DNA of 57,409 nucleotides, filler included, from Platydemus manokwari (Eukaryota), in the NCBI GenBank assembly GCA_037951405.1. It is 5 parts of 5 records of this genome, joined end to end, with 100 filler letters (N's around TTAATTAATTAA, not from the genome) between each part and the next. Parts side by side here need not be neighbours in the genome. Positions count along the whole stretch, not along the records: positions 34,168 to 48,512 come from JBBMOY011478085.1; positions 48,613 to 57,409 come from JBBMOY011348427.1; 3 more parts are not named here. One strand, 5' to 3'. A program made the translations under genes and the position numbers. Below, piece by piece: positions 37,901 through 51,600 of the stretch. The first letter of the stretch is position 1. Every line of letters starts with the position of its first letter. The notes beneath the pieces were generated by a model, which had not been told where the DNA came from, did no database searches, and saw nothing but the letters and a program-made list of their open reading frames with translations.

Positions 37901-40900
37901 TAAGGATTTATTTTTAGTTGGTATATACAGGTACACACACTTGTGTGTACATTGTTATATTGTAGCTGTAACTTGTCTTGCTTATATATGGGTGTGTATT
38001 CACGTGTATTTCCTACATATGATTGGAAGAATTTATTCATAAAAAACATTGATAAACACCTTGTTTAATAGACTGGAATGGTCAAAGTAGATTCCTCAAT
38101 ATTATTCATTGATAATTTTCAAAGGATCTAATTAATTAATAAAAATGAACCTGAATTACCTCTACTCTGACTATCTCTTCTGGGATTGTTTTTCATTTGC
38201 TTGCATATCTGACAGTATATCTCATCTCTTAATTGAGGTGCTAGAATGCCATGACCAATAATAAAATGCAATTTTTCTAAATTTGTTGTTGGCCTTTCTT
38301 CCAATAGCGACTTCATATTCTCTCCATTCAAATCGTTGTTTTCCACATTTCTAAGATGGTTGACCACATCTTCAGTGAATTTTGACTTCTTTCTCAATGT
38401 TAACGAAACAATATTCTTTTTCATTGTTTGATGTACAAGATTGTTCTCATATGGTGTGCCTTGATTCTAGAATGAAATCAGAATATAAATATTATTTATA
38501 AAAATAAAACAGCGCCAGCAATAATTATATTTATCAATAATAATATTAATAGTAACTATTTTCTCTGCATCTTGTAGGACTTTATGTAAATCCTCTCTAT
38601 TCGCTTGCTTCCCTAATGACTGGTATATTCTGGTCATCATAGGTATAGAATTTTCAAGCGAAATATTTCCCCCTTTGCTTGTCACTGGCTCTGGCAAGTC
38701 CCTCATGAATCTAAGAATAGCTATCCACAAGGTTAATGCAGACTAAAAATAAGCTTAAGAAACAAAACAATAATAACTATCATTGTAATACCAATTGGTC
38801 GACTGGATTACTATGAAAAAGCAAGGGTTTCTTCAAAGGTTTCCGCGAAAATTCCGCATCAACATCATGCTGAAAGTAGGTTGCAGCGAATTTTGAGAAA
38901 GTAAAGTCCGAGACATTCTCATCGAGAATGTTTGCGAGATAATCTGGTACCACCGAATCAAACACAGGTCTCGTTCCAGTGAGAGCACTTATTCTGGAAA
39001 GTTCTAGATCTTGAAAAGCAGTGGGACCGTTACTCAGGGAACCGGCTCTGCTGACTGAATTATAGCCATCAATCGATCCAAATATTTCGTCGAGCTACAA
39101 AACAATAATTCAAACGAAATCGAGAAATCAGGCGTGGCTAGAAACATGATATCAGCATTATATATATTAACTTACCATTTGTGATTCGTTCACTGGTTGA
39201 TTACGCTTCTTTTCAGCATCTGCAATACGCTGTTTCTTATCAGTGCTTTCTCGCTTGTGTTGCCGAGCATACGCTAGCGATTGATTGTAAATCTCATCAA
39301 GTCGCATCTTTAATTTTTTCCAATTAAATACAAATATTCATCAATTCCATCACCTTATGTCGTTTTTCTGCCTCTACTCTCGCTCTTTCTTCTGACATTT
39401 GCTGTTTGAGCAACATTTCCTCTTTAGCCTTGAGGCTGAGAGCTTCTCTGATCTTTCTTTCCTATAGAGGATAAATTCGTGATTTACAATAAATACAAAT
39501 ATCGAATACATTTTCTATCTTGGCTCGATAATGTTTCATTGCAATATATCTACGAGCTAGACTTTGGATTTTTATCAAAGCTGCTTTTTTCTTCTTCAAT
39601 TTCTCACGGGCTAAATAGCCCTTACAATATCGCTGTACATTCCTTACAAATCCCTTTAAATCATGGAGTTTTCTACTGGCGATTTTCGCTCTGAAACCTG
39701 CCTGCAGCAAACAGAATCCTTTTTTTGCCTAAACATATTTCATTGCTGTTATTTAGCTAGCTGATCTAGAGTTTACTTTAAGGAATCTGCGTCTTGCGAT
39801 TACCATTCTTACGAATGTTTGAATCTTTATAGCGGCTGCTCTCTTTTTCAGAAATAAGGCTCTGTAGAAATATTTTCTCCACGTTTTTTGAATGAGAAGC
39901 ACCTTCTGTGAAAGTATTTTATCTAGAGAATCCTCCAATAGAACATCCTGGGTATCCTTTCATTATGAACTAATAAATAATAACTGTCCAGCCATGAAAA
40001 AAAACCTTGAGAAACAGTTTTGTTTTTCCAATCTGGTAGCCTTTAGGATCGAGATGATTCTTACAAATCAGTTTAGTGATTTCTCGAGTATCCTTGCACA
40101 AGGAACTGGGAGGAATTCCAGGCATTAAGATGCGATATCGATCAATAAAATCTGAGAATTGATGTCTAATTGGATATCCGGCTTTTCTGATACGTATCGT
40201 TTCCATCATGCCTGAGTAACGCAATTGTTGCAGGCAAATAGATCTGTTGAAATCCTGTTTTCTTTTGAATTCATTCGGTTTGATACATCTGATGAAGAAA
40301 GGCTCTCTTTCCATCAATATTTTCATTAATGATTCCAATGACTTTTTGTATTGCAATGCTAGAGTTGGCGCACGTTTTCGAGTTTCGAATCCCTCAAAAT
40401 ATATTTTACTAATACTACTTATAATTATAATAAATAGTATTGAAAAAGCAATAGTAATGTTTATCGATATGATGTTTAGTAATTGTAGCATTGCATAATC
40501 TAATAGCCATTTCATGTTTTGTTATTCATCAGTGTCATGTAGAATCTCAAATGCATCATATAATTAATTCCCTTGCTAATAAATCCGAACTTATGACTAA
40601 TTCCGTTGTCACTTAGTAGTGGTGCTGGTTGGCACATTTAATGTTCGCATTGGTTTGATTTGATAGCAGTTTAGCTCTAACAATTATTATTTCTGTGATA
40701 ACGAATGCTATTAAACAATGACGTTAAACATCAACAACTATAATAATAATAATAATAATAAGAATAATAAACATCAACAACTATAATAATAATAATAATA
40801 ATAATAATAATTATTAGTATTATTATTATAGGATCTATGCTACCCTGTCAACGTAATCAAGAAATCATTAATAAACAGAAATAATAATAAATACAGCAGT

Positions 40901-43900
40901 ACCATTGAAAAATCTTTTTCAAAAAGACGCTTCAAGAAAAGACTTTTCGAAGTTTGAATCAATTCTATCAGATCCACATTAAAAGAGTCTCGATTTTTTT
41001 CCAAGAATCCATCAATCTCGTAGAAAACACTGCCTGCAAAATGTTGTATTCCAAAAATCTAATCATCACGATTATCAGTCGGGAAAAAACGTTATCTTTA
41101 TTCTACCTGCTCAATATCTGCCTTTTTCTTGATGAATTTGGGATGCTTGATGCAAGCATTGATTAATTTAATCAATAGTGAATGATTTGTGCCTTTCGGG
41201 AATCGGCTCTCCTCATCAATGAGTGCCAAAATATTACAACTTTTTACTCCAATGAGATCCAATGTTTCCTGATTATCTGTGAATGCAATATGCTGCCATT
41301 CGATGAGTTCCGCTCCATATTCTTCTTGTTCCATTTTGAAGATATGACGAACAAAAAACTGCTGAAGATTCTCATTAGCATAATTGATGCATAACTGTTC
41401 GTAACTGTTGGTCTGAAAGTTCTCGAAACCAAATATATCTAATACACCAATTGAGCTATATTTGCATTGCGATCTTTCATTTCCTGACGATTTTGAAGCT
41501 TGACAGAGATTAGGTCGAAAGATAGCCTTGTTGATCTTGTCAACAATCCATACGAACAGTCGTCCATAAATACCTTTGACTAGAGCATCTCTAATATTAA
41601 TTGCTTGAGCTACATTCATGGTGGTGACTACAAAATCATCACGAGTGACAAGATTTTTGGTTGTAATGGCTTTTTTCAAATCTTCGCCATTTACCTTTTC
41701 GAAAAACAACAATCATATTTGGATATTTTGAATAAGAATTTTATACCGTTAATAACTTGGCAGCTAATTCAAATTCTGTATCCATGACAATTTCGCATGA
41801 GTCTATATTGTTTTCTAGTTTGGCTTGATAAGATAAATTTCCTAAATGAAGGAAAGCTGCCAAGAACTGAAAGATCTCATCGCATTCGCTTTCTGAGAAT
41901 GTTAGAACCTTCATAGCGGCATGGAGTGTAGGAAAATCAACAATGTCCGTGCAGCCAATCAGATCAATATGACCACCCTAAATGAGTTGGTAAAACAACA
42001 AAAATATATAATAATGCCGATTGTAGAATAACATCATATTAATCGCTACCGATGCACACACACACACACACACACGAAATCATCACAACAGCATCCTCAT
42101 TAGTAAATCACTCAATCACTACATCAACTATTGTAATCACGAGTTTCAATGTGAGATAATATCTATTTTATTGACATTTTACGAGCAACAGATATCGACT
42201 CACATCGTCGTGTACAGCAAATTATACCTGATTTAGATATGAATAATCTTTTGATCCATTCAAACCAAGTTTGGCTCGTTCATTGGCAGATAATCCTTCT
42301 AACATGCAATAGAAAACATGATAGTTGCGTTCATCTCGCATTTGACTGACAATTCTAGATTTCTCCAAAAGAAATTGGTCTATTTTAGCTCCTTCAATGG
42401 CACCAGTGGTTCCAAAATAAATATCGATATATTTACCGAATCTACTAGAATTATCGTTGCGAATAGTTTTAGCATTGCCGAATGCTGCACGAGATGAGTA
42501 TTAATAATTATAGTAGTTTTTCAATTTTACAATTATTCACCTTCTAGAATTGGATTCGAATCCAGTACTTGTTGCTCTATCCACGAATGCTGTCCGCTTG
42601 CTGCTGCTAGGAATTGCAATATTAGTTTTGTACTTTCTGTTTTACCAGCTCCACTCTCTCCGCTAATGATGATGGATTGATTTTTAGCGAATCGCCTCAT
42701 ACTGTTATAAGCATTATCAGCGATAGCGAATATATGTGGTGAGAGATCACCGATTTTTCTGTTCTGGTACATCTTTATTTCGTTGGAAGTATAAATTGGT
42801 AAAACTTCATATGGATTGACTGCAACCAAAATCTTCCCCGTATAAGTCTAGAAAACGTGTTAATAATTTAAACGTCACAACAACTCACATAAATCTCATT
42901 TCTCCGGTAACGTATGAGTAGATTCCTTAATATACCTGCTTCATTCAGATCTCCCAGTGAGATCATATCATCAACACCATTGAAAGAGGAGACATGCATA
43001 TGTCTTATCTTTGTTCCTGACTTCAATATGTATTCCTGAAGCAGATACATGATCAAGAAAAACTAGGATTTGATTTATTGTCAAAAGGAATATGGTTAAA
43101 AAGAAATGATATTTGCGATGGAGCTCAAAGTCAATGAGGAAATAGATTCCGAAATGAGATGAAGGAATTGTTGGAAAATAATTCTAATAATTGATCTATT
43201 AAAACAATGATCAATTATGTTTTTAATAATAATTATTATTATTGATTTTATTATTATTTTATTTTATTATAACTAATTATTGTTATTATCTTAATAATTA
43301 ATCAAGCCCAAGAATTAATCAAATTATAATAAAAGATAACAATTAGGGAATTCATAAAGAGAAGTTGATAAGATTTTCAAGATCAAATCATCTAGCAAAT
43401 TTCTGGGTAATTTTAAAGGATAGAAATGGTGATAAATCAATCAAGAATATCCATAATGATGTTAATAAATATCGGAAATGCCGGTAAGAAGAATTGAAAC
43501 ACCAAATGTTCATTAAATTAATCAATATTGTGATCTGAATTTTTGTATTCATTTTTAAGTCGCCACACTACCGACGCACAATAGCAGGCTGGATTCAAAA
43601 ATCCTATATAAAAATGAATTTTGCTATACAGTATGAAACATAATCAAATGATGAATATAATAGCTATTGCAGAAAACTAGATGTGCTAGTAGAAACAGTG
43701 AAGAGATGTGTACTGAATTATTATGATTATGATTATGATTATGATAATGTAGATTACACCAATAATAGTAGCAACTGTACCTGTTATCGAATGTCGTATT
43801 ATGGTTACAAGATAAATCTGACGATGTTAACTCAATTTTAACTTTCATTATTGTGTAAGTGTTTCATTCTCGGCGAGAAAATCCTGCATGTTCGACAATA

Positions 43901-44618
43901 AAAGATGCGTGCATTGTAAAAACTATAGCGATAACCAGAAATTAATAAGTAGTTTGAGCTGTAACAAGGTTTGATATACAGCATTATTATTATTATTGAT
44001 TATTAATTATATTATTTATTAATATAATAATTTCTTGATAATAACATTATAATAATTATTACTTTATTATTTTCATAATAATAATAATAATATCATTATA
44101 ATTATTTATTATTATTATTATTTATAATTATTTATTATCATTATTATAAAATAATAATAATAATATAAACGATTTTGATAAAATCGCTCTCCGTGATGCG
44201 CTTTTACAACAATTTTCTGCTAAATTTAAAACTATTTTATTGAATAAATGTTTTTGAGCGACATATTTTCTCACTCCACCTCTTGCAGCGATTATTGTTT
44301 CATAAATCCTGTCAGCCTGGAGATAACATGTGAAATAATAAACCAATCAAATATATTGAGCCTCAATAATAGATATAAAATCATCATAAATCAAATCAAA
44401 TTAGAAATATAGACAAATATGAACCCACATTGTTCTCATCATCAACAACGGTGATTTGATCTTTCACAATATCTTTGATTCGAGCTCCAATCGGTACAGA
44501 TTGGGCATTTTTCGAGGACGATTTATTTTCAATCCATACGTGGTCACCCTGTGCCACAGAATAGATCTTGTTATTTCAGTTTTGTAAGCATCGATCTTAC
44601 CTTCTGAGGAACAACCAT
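34981..44618 (-). CDS. MYO7A: Myosin VIIa (crinkled-like), 25 coding exons visible; 3' exons (FERM2) absent from this contig
   Basis: Starts MVVPQK|GDHVW at ATG 44618. Motor motifs [62 protein letters not shown]. Then IQ motifs, a charged helix, MyTH4-1 ([12 protein letters not shown]), FERM-1 ([14 protein letters not shown]), SH3 ([15 protein letters not shown]) and MyTH4-2 ([12 protein letters not shown]). All joins are GT-AG and in phase. The last visible exon ends at 34981 with donor gtaaat. Confidence 0.96.
40726..40830. repeat. Duplicated AAACATCAACAACT-(ATA)n unit / (AAT)n microsatellite in a MYO7A intron
   Basis: Two copies of AAACATCAACAACTATAATAATAATAATAAT, followed by an inverted (ATT)n tract. 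Confidence 0.9.
42054..42075. repeat. (CA)n microsatellite in a MYO7A intron
   Basis: Uninterrupted CA run. Confidence 0.95.
43718..43748. repeat. (ATTATG)n hexamer repeat in a MYO7A intron
   Basis: TTATTATGATTATGATTATGATTATGATAATG. Confidence 0.85.
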
Positions 44619-45399
44619 TTATCGATAATTCACCAATGAAGATGCCACCAATTATTTGTAGGGAAATGCTATATTAGTAAACACAATCTCTGGACAAATT
44701 AAATCAAATCGATATTGATCAGTGACAGAAACACTGTAACAGAAGCTTTTATAATTTAAATAAAATTCAAAAAATAAAACGCGTAGTGTTAATTTAAATT
44801 ACTTTAAATAAACAAATGATTGATGAATTAAATATTTCAGTAGCGATGATTTGATTTATAATTTTATCGCATTATCACAATGATGATTATGAGGTTTTAT
44901 TTGCAATTCAAATGAATATTATTTTCTTTTCTCCTTTCACTTTATCGATTTGATCCTGGTGTAAATTAGTTTATATAAAGGAAATAAATATCTTTGAAAA
45001 TTTGAACACAGTTAATACAACGAGAGAAGAAGCTGAGCAGCTTAGAAAAATTATCAAAGGTTGACCTTGTGATTGATTATCATTCTGGCTGAATATTTTG
45101 AAAATGTTGTAAACACAGAATAAATATTTTGTAAGTACGTCTCAGGAATATATGCTAGGGGTGATTTCTGGGTACCACAGGACGCTATTTATTAGCTTGC
45201 ATTCTTGAAACTCACTGCAAATTATGCGAAAGGTGCATGTTAACTATATTTGGAAATGCAATTTTATTTTTCGGAAATAATTCCAGGAAGGGTTTCGAAA
45301 AAATAAATATTAAAAATCAAAACCCATTAAAAATTAAAATCCCGAAGAAACTCTTTAACAGTTACATAGCATAAAATCGGCAGAAGCAATTAATTCTCT

Positions 45400-46420
45400 G
45401 CTGGTAAATTAAATTACATCAGTTAGCATGCATATAGAAAATCCGCAGAATCAAAAATATTTAATAAAATCATCTTCATTTTTCCTGGGTACTTGCTCAT
45501 TATCGGTTTTGTTATATTGAACACCAATTCATTTAGACCACAACCACCTTCTCTCGACCTTTTATCATAGTGTTTCTCTTTATTGAGTTTCTTTTGGTTT
45601 AATCGGTCTATTTGTAGAAGCCAGTCTTGCATATGTTATCCTGGTCATTGTAAGAATAACAAAATGAATTTTTATTAAAATATGAATGGTAAGTTCAATT
45701 GGTTTCAATAACTCAATTAAATATACTTTTGTGTGTCAACTTCTGAAATCTGTTTTCAAATGCTTATTTAAATCAAGCAGGGGCAGCAAACACACATTTT
45801 ATGCCGATTCATCCCATTAACAGAATTCAGTTTCCACAAGAATGTTCTATTCTCGATTCATTTTTCCTTTTGATTTCCATACAACACGATTTTATCCTCT
45901 TGCCGCTTATATCCGTTGTCTTGTTCATCTCTATATGGGTTTCCTTCATGTCTAGAAAAGATATTCATCTGATTTGTCGATTAACTCATGGAACATTTTC
46001 CTAAGAATTTTCACAATCATAAATATCTTTTCGTTTCTTGTTAATTCTCTCTTCTTATTTCATATGTTGAATCCTGTTTTATCTTCTCATTTACTCCAAT
46101 TTTCTTGACATTTCAAAAAATTGGATAATCTATCAGAATTCATCCCGATATCATACTAAATGATTCCCATGATCCACCATAGTATTGTATTTCCATTTAA
46201 TTATAAAGGTTTTCCGGAAACAACTGCAACGACATTGCTACCCACGTCTTCATCCTCACCGCTGATTATACGTGTTACTCTATCCTCATTTAAATTTAAA
46301 AGCGTATAGTTTTAAGACTTTCGATTATCACCTTGTTCTTCATTTCCAGTTTTTAAAATTCATAAATATGAGCGTTTAAAATAAGAATGTTTGTTTTAAT
46401 CACTTTCTTGGGTCAACTTT
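45400..46420 (-). mobile_element. Heavily decayed non-LTR reverse transcriptase remnant
   Basis: A-skewed broken frames. KRSREGGCGL (in 45423-45632) resembles the post-RT GGLGL motif, and upstream fragments loosely resemble RT. No intact core motif. Confidence 0.35.
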
Positions 46421-47169
46421 CTAACAACACTCTAATATATACGTTTATTGATAGTTACAGTAAGAGTCAACTCTTATTGGGAATTGATATCTGAAATTTT
46501 GGTGAGGTTTTCAGTTAATTGTTCTTGATGGTCTGCATACGAAGGTTGTCGAGTCCATTCACAAGAGAGTCGACTGACCAAATTGTTAGAATTATTTTTG
46601 TAGCAACACAGGACATTCAAATCAAATGAAAATATTTTGACCAAGAAAGCAGCCATTTTACTGATAATGCAGAAATTTTGTTTAAGATTTTGGTACAAAG
46701 ATTACAATAGATATTTTATAATGGGTTATCACAGACAAACCTAAATCTATATTGGTTATCGATTATTTGAAAAGCTAGCATTTAAATCTAGCATCTCAGT
46801 TAGATAGAATTAAGGATTTCAGTAATACCGAGTATGTTTAGCGATATTTACAAGAAAAGGCCATTCTTATTTTGACTAAAATAAATCTCACTCATTTAAT
46901 TAATCCTCTATTTCGAAATCGGGATAATTTCTATTTTATCGCGCATAAATAATTAAATAATCACCACACAGTGCATAATGCTCAGTTAACCTTTCATTAC
47001 ACCGGTCAACAAATGCTCTGTCTCTTGGATAAAAGTGAAAGTGGGTGATTCTTTTGTGTTCTTTTGGCCTGATGTCAGATCTGCTTTTAGATCTTGTCTA
47101 CCACAAACTCTTTATCCAGGTTAAAGATTTGAAATTTCTAAAATTTATGTGTGCACATCATTGTGTAAA

Positions 47170-47800
47170 ATCCAATCAATCTTTTTTTTTTAAATTTTCT
47201 GCCATATTTTGCATCAGAACATCATTTTTTAGAGTCCAAAAGAGTCTCCACCAATTACACTTCTCTATATTTAAAATGCTCGTCAATCGTATTTCCAAGC
47301 TTTTTAGTGATGAAATCAAGGCAAAACGTGAAAATAACTTTAAAAATGATTTTTTTATGCAATTTTGCATCTCATAGTCAGAATCATAATCTTTGAGGTA
47401 TCTCCAAATTATAGAAACTGGAAAACCCTTGTATCAAGAACCTGTTGACCACTCAGTGAAAAGTTAGAAACATGTCACACAATAAATATAACCAGTGTGG
47501 GATTTGTCTTGATCTTTAATATTGCATACAAAGTATAGTTCACTGTGGTTCATCAAGAGATTTCTTTGAGATTTAAATGTCTTTTCACCACAAATGTAGC
47601 AGAACTAATCTGGATACCTCTTAACGGGCATTTTAAAAAATTCTAAAATTCACTCTCTATCTATTCGGAATCACCAAAGGCTTATACAAAAAGAGCGCGT
47701 CAATTTTTATTATTATCTCATTAAATTTGCAAATGTGTGGTCTTGGAAAACCATTATGTGATAGAAAAATTCTAAAATCGGATCTAAAATTAAAACTTAT
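47170..47800 (-). mobile_element. Internally deleted Chapaev3-type (CMC superfamily) DNA transposon remnant
   Basis: From ATG 47631: YPD*FCYICGEKTFKSQ...ELYFVCNIKDQDKS..YCVTC...FPVSIIWRY, the Cys-rich N-terminus of this transposase family. It joins almost directly to FWTLKNDV, which resembles the family C-terminus (YCWTLKRD). The catalytic core is missing. The family name is from recollection. Confidence 0.65.
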
Positions 47801-48512
47801 CTTTAATAACTTTAACAATCATCGATGCTTAAATTTAATAATGTGATTTGGTACATTTTATAAGATATTCAATTGGATCGAATTATTATATTTGTTCCCT
47901 CTTCATGGAAACACTGAAAAGAGCCGATCAAATAACTTTTCATAAAAATTAATCAGACTAATTCATTCCTCACAACTCCGCGTATAAAAAATTATTGGAA
48001 AAGTTTGTTTTACTGTGCTTTATACAATAATCGCGCACTATTTGGAAATATATTCAGACTTGATATTATTTTGATACAGCGACGAAAATGTAAGAACAGA
48101 TATTCATTTATTATTAAAATTAGAAAAAACCTTTAATGGTTTTCAAAACAATTCATTGGTCACATTGATTATAAATTATTATTGTGAAAATATCATCACC
48201 TGTATTTCACAAATTACTCCATTTTTCAATGAAAACAAAATCGATCTTAAATACTCTCTCGAAATATTATTCGATTGTTTAATCATCACTAACTATTTTT
48301 ATTAAACATTTATTTATATATTAAGAGAGAAAGGAATAAAATGTATTTATTGCTGTAATTTGATTGGTGGAAAATTAATTTGAGATAAATAAATAAATAT
48401 TTATTTAATCAATTTTTCAATCAATTAATTTTGAATCTCATTCAATTGTTGATTCATTTCTCGGCATTGATGTGTCTGAAAATATTGATTAAATCAATAC
48501 AGTTATAAATTA

Positions 48513-48612
48513 NNNNNNNNNNNNNNNNNNNNNNNNNNNNNNNNNNNNNNNNNNNNTTAATTAATTAANNNNNNNNNNNNNNNNNNNNNNNNNNNNNNNN
48601 NNNNNNNNNNNN
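48513..48612. other. Artificial assembly spacer
   Basis: 44 N + TTAATTAATTAA + 44 N. Confidence 0.97.
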
Positions 48613-51600
48613 AATAATAATAAAATAATTAATCCATTGAATAAATCGATGGCAAATTTTTATTTACAATTTTGTCCGCGAACTTTATTAACAACCTAAT
48701 ATGAAACCACACAAAATAAAAATTATGTTGAAACTTGAAACCCTTATTTCGGCAAACATTGTGTTGAGCAGATCACAACCAAAATAATCCTTAAAAGGCT
48801 GACAGGTTCAAAAAGCGTACGTGCTAATAGATGGTCAGGTTCCTATTAAATATTAAACCGTATTTTGAAATTAAGTCGATTGACATGTAACAACAAATGC
48901 CAACAAACACCGATATTTGTAAATTTCGCGAGAGACATAAGAGAAATTATTAACATATAAAGGTATTTATCAAATGAAACGCGAAGCTGAAGGACATCAA
49001 GTAGACACACACGATAAGTCTATAAAAGCAGTTGGATCTCAAGTTTGAATAACATAAAACCAATCATTGTGTTCATTGTCAGTACTGATCATTTGTAATA
49101 AGCTAGCTGTTCATTTTTATATCAGTATTTATTTAATCGATTTTATTACAAGTTGAAGTTGTTATCAAAAATATAAAGAAAAAATTTAAGCGTCACAGAA
49201 CCTGTAACTAAAGCGCAAGAGGCAGACATTATATTATAGAACTCTATAGTGTGATAATACAAAAGCACTAATTCACCAATACTATAAGAAAAACGTTTCT
49301 CTAAAGGGATATTTAGTAATTGTGACAAGGCACGAATGTAACAGTTTAATGAATGATAAATATTTGATATTAATAATTTTTAAGTAAAAGTGAGATAAGT
49401 AAAAAAAATGAAATTAACTGAAGAATTGCACTGTTAAATTAGTAAACGTAAACAATTTTAGTTTTGATTCTGATCCAAGCTTTGATGTTACTGCTCATTT
49501 AGCAATAAAGACTTCATAATTTATTGTTATGTTCGCAGATAACTTATAGATAAATTATCTTCGAAAAAGATTGAAATAAACTAGTTTCTTATAAATTTTT
49601 GATAAATACTTAAACAAATATGTCACAATTCTGCATGAGACAAATTGAAATTTTTTTCTTTTATTAATTATTCTTAGAATAATAATTTGGATTACTGTTA
49701 TAACATTATTCATTGCATATAATCTTTTGGTTTGTTTTTAAAATAAATTATTTTTTTGTAAATTGCCTTTTATCTTGAAAAGGTTTTATTGATCTTGTTT
49801 GGTAATTTAATAACAATACTAATATTTTTTCGTTTTTTAATAGTTATAATAAAAATATCCCAAAACAATAAATTAAACACTAAATAACAATATGAAAACA
49901 GTCTAGTTTATTTATGCATACTATATTCACTTTATAATTATTGGATACATTCTCCAACATTTAACAAAAAAGCTAAAATTTAATTATAAGGTATATATGG
50001 CAAATAAATTCCAAATTTTATTAAAAATGCACAAAATCCTAGTAATTCATAATAATAAAACCACGGATAAATTTCTAAAATAAGACCGCACACATTTTAA
50101 TGTATTAAATCACATAATATAGCACATTATACTATAATCAATTTCATATTAAATATTTTTATTAAAAGGATTTTACAGTCCATATTAAAAATGAAAAAGT
50201 GAACATCTACATTCAATACATTGCTTTTCTGGATAATAAAATGTGATCAATGGTATTTATAATTTAGCTCTGGGTTCAAAAGTATCTAAACAATATCTGC
50301 ATAACATAGTCGAAGCCTTTATCCACTAGTACATTTCATAACAAATGAACTTCTTTCAATGATTTCAACTAAATTTTATTTCATTATAGTATGTTTTATA
50401 ACTGATCACTTATACCAAATGACACATTGATAATACACTATCTTTAATTTTAAAATTGCATTATAAGGGTTTAGCATACTGACATTTTTACAAAACAACA
50501 TAAATACTAAATGAAAAACAATTTACTGTTCCTGTTTTATTTTAACAAAACATTTTAATTCAATAAATTTTTGTTTTCTTGCTTTAATTTTAGATAAAAA
50601 TATAACATAAAAAATAGATTATTTTTAAGGTAAAAATTATTTAAAGAAATTCTATGAAATAAAAGAAAGGAAATAATTTGATGAACAATTCGGAAAATTA
50701 AACTGGTAATAAAATTTTAAAGCCAATATCTAGCGATAGAATAAGTACCCTATAATAAATAATTCTATTGAATTGTTAATATAAATTGGTCATGACTTGA
50801 TCAAAATTGATTTCCAAGAATTTATTGAAATTCAATTTTCAAAATAACGAGTATTTGGTTCAAATAAGAGTCTGTGTGAATTAACAGTGGTTTTTTGATA
50901 AACTAAAGTGAATTAAGATAGGTCTAAAAGCTTTTTCTAATCTATTTATTTTGCCACATTAAATATTTCTCATTCTAATTCATGAAATGTTATATTTTGC
51001 GAGTACTAAAAAATATTCTTTCTGCACCAAAATAGTCATAAAATATAATTATTTAACTAAATGAAATAAGAATGAACTCATTATTTCATAACAGCATTTT
51101 ATAATAAAATATAAAAATAAATAACATTTGTCGAATAATCAAATATACATTGAAACATCTTCAAATCAAAACTAATTTACTTCATCGATTCTTTTAAGTG
51201 ACTATTTACTTTTCTGTTATGAGAGACTTTTGATGAAATCCTCATTATTAATTCATTTTAACATGCTTCACAAAGAACAAACGCCTTTTCATTTTTCTGA
51301 ATAACTGAGTTTGATGAAGGAAAACATTTATTTTTAAAATCGTTATACAAAAATTATTAACACGAGAAACAATGCCACAGTAGAGAAAAATATCTAAGTG
51401 CAACTAACAAATTGCCTAAAGACATAAATCACTTCAAGAAAAACAATCCAAACATATATTGATTATTGAATTTCTCACTGTTTAAAGATTTGTTAATCAA
51501 TAATTCAACTACCTAAGAACATATTAAATCGTAAATTTCAGATAACTGGTTCCTTTGTAGATAATTTTTACTATTAAATATTTAAGTACAAAAATTTGAG

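Noticed and set aside
40394-40515. Apparent N-terminal transmembrane segment on a myosin ORF (39970-40515)
   Set aside because: This is intron read-through. The exon starts at GFETRK after the acceptor at 40394-40395.
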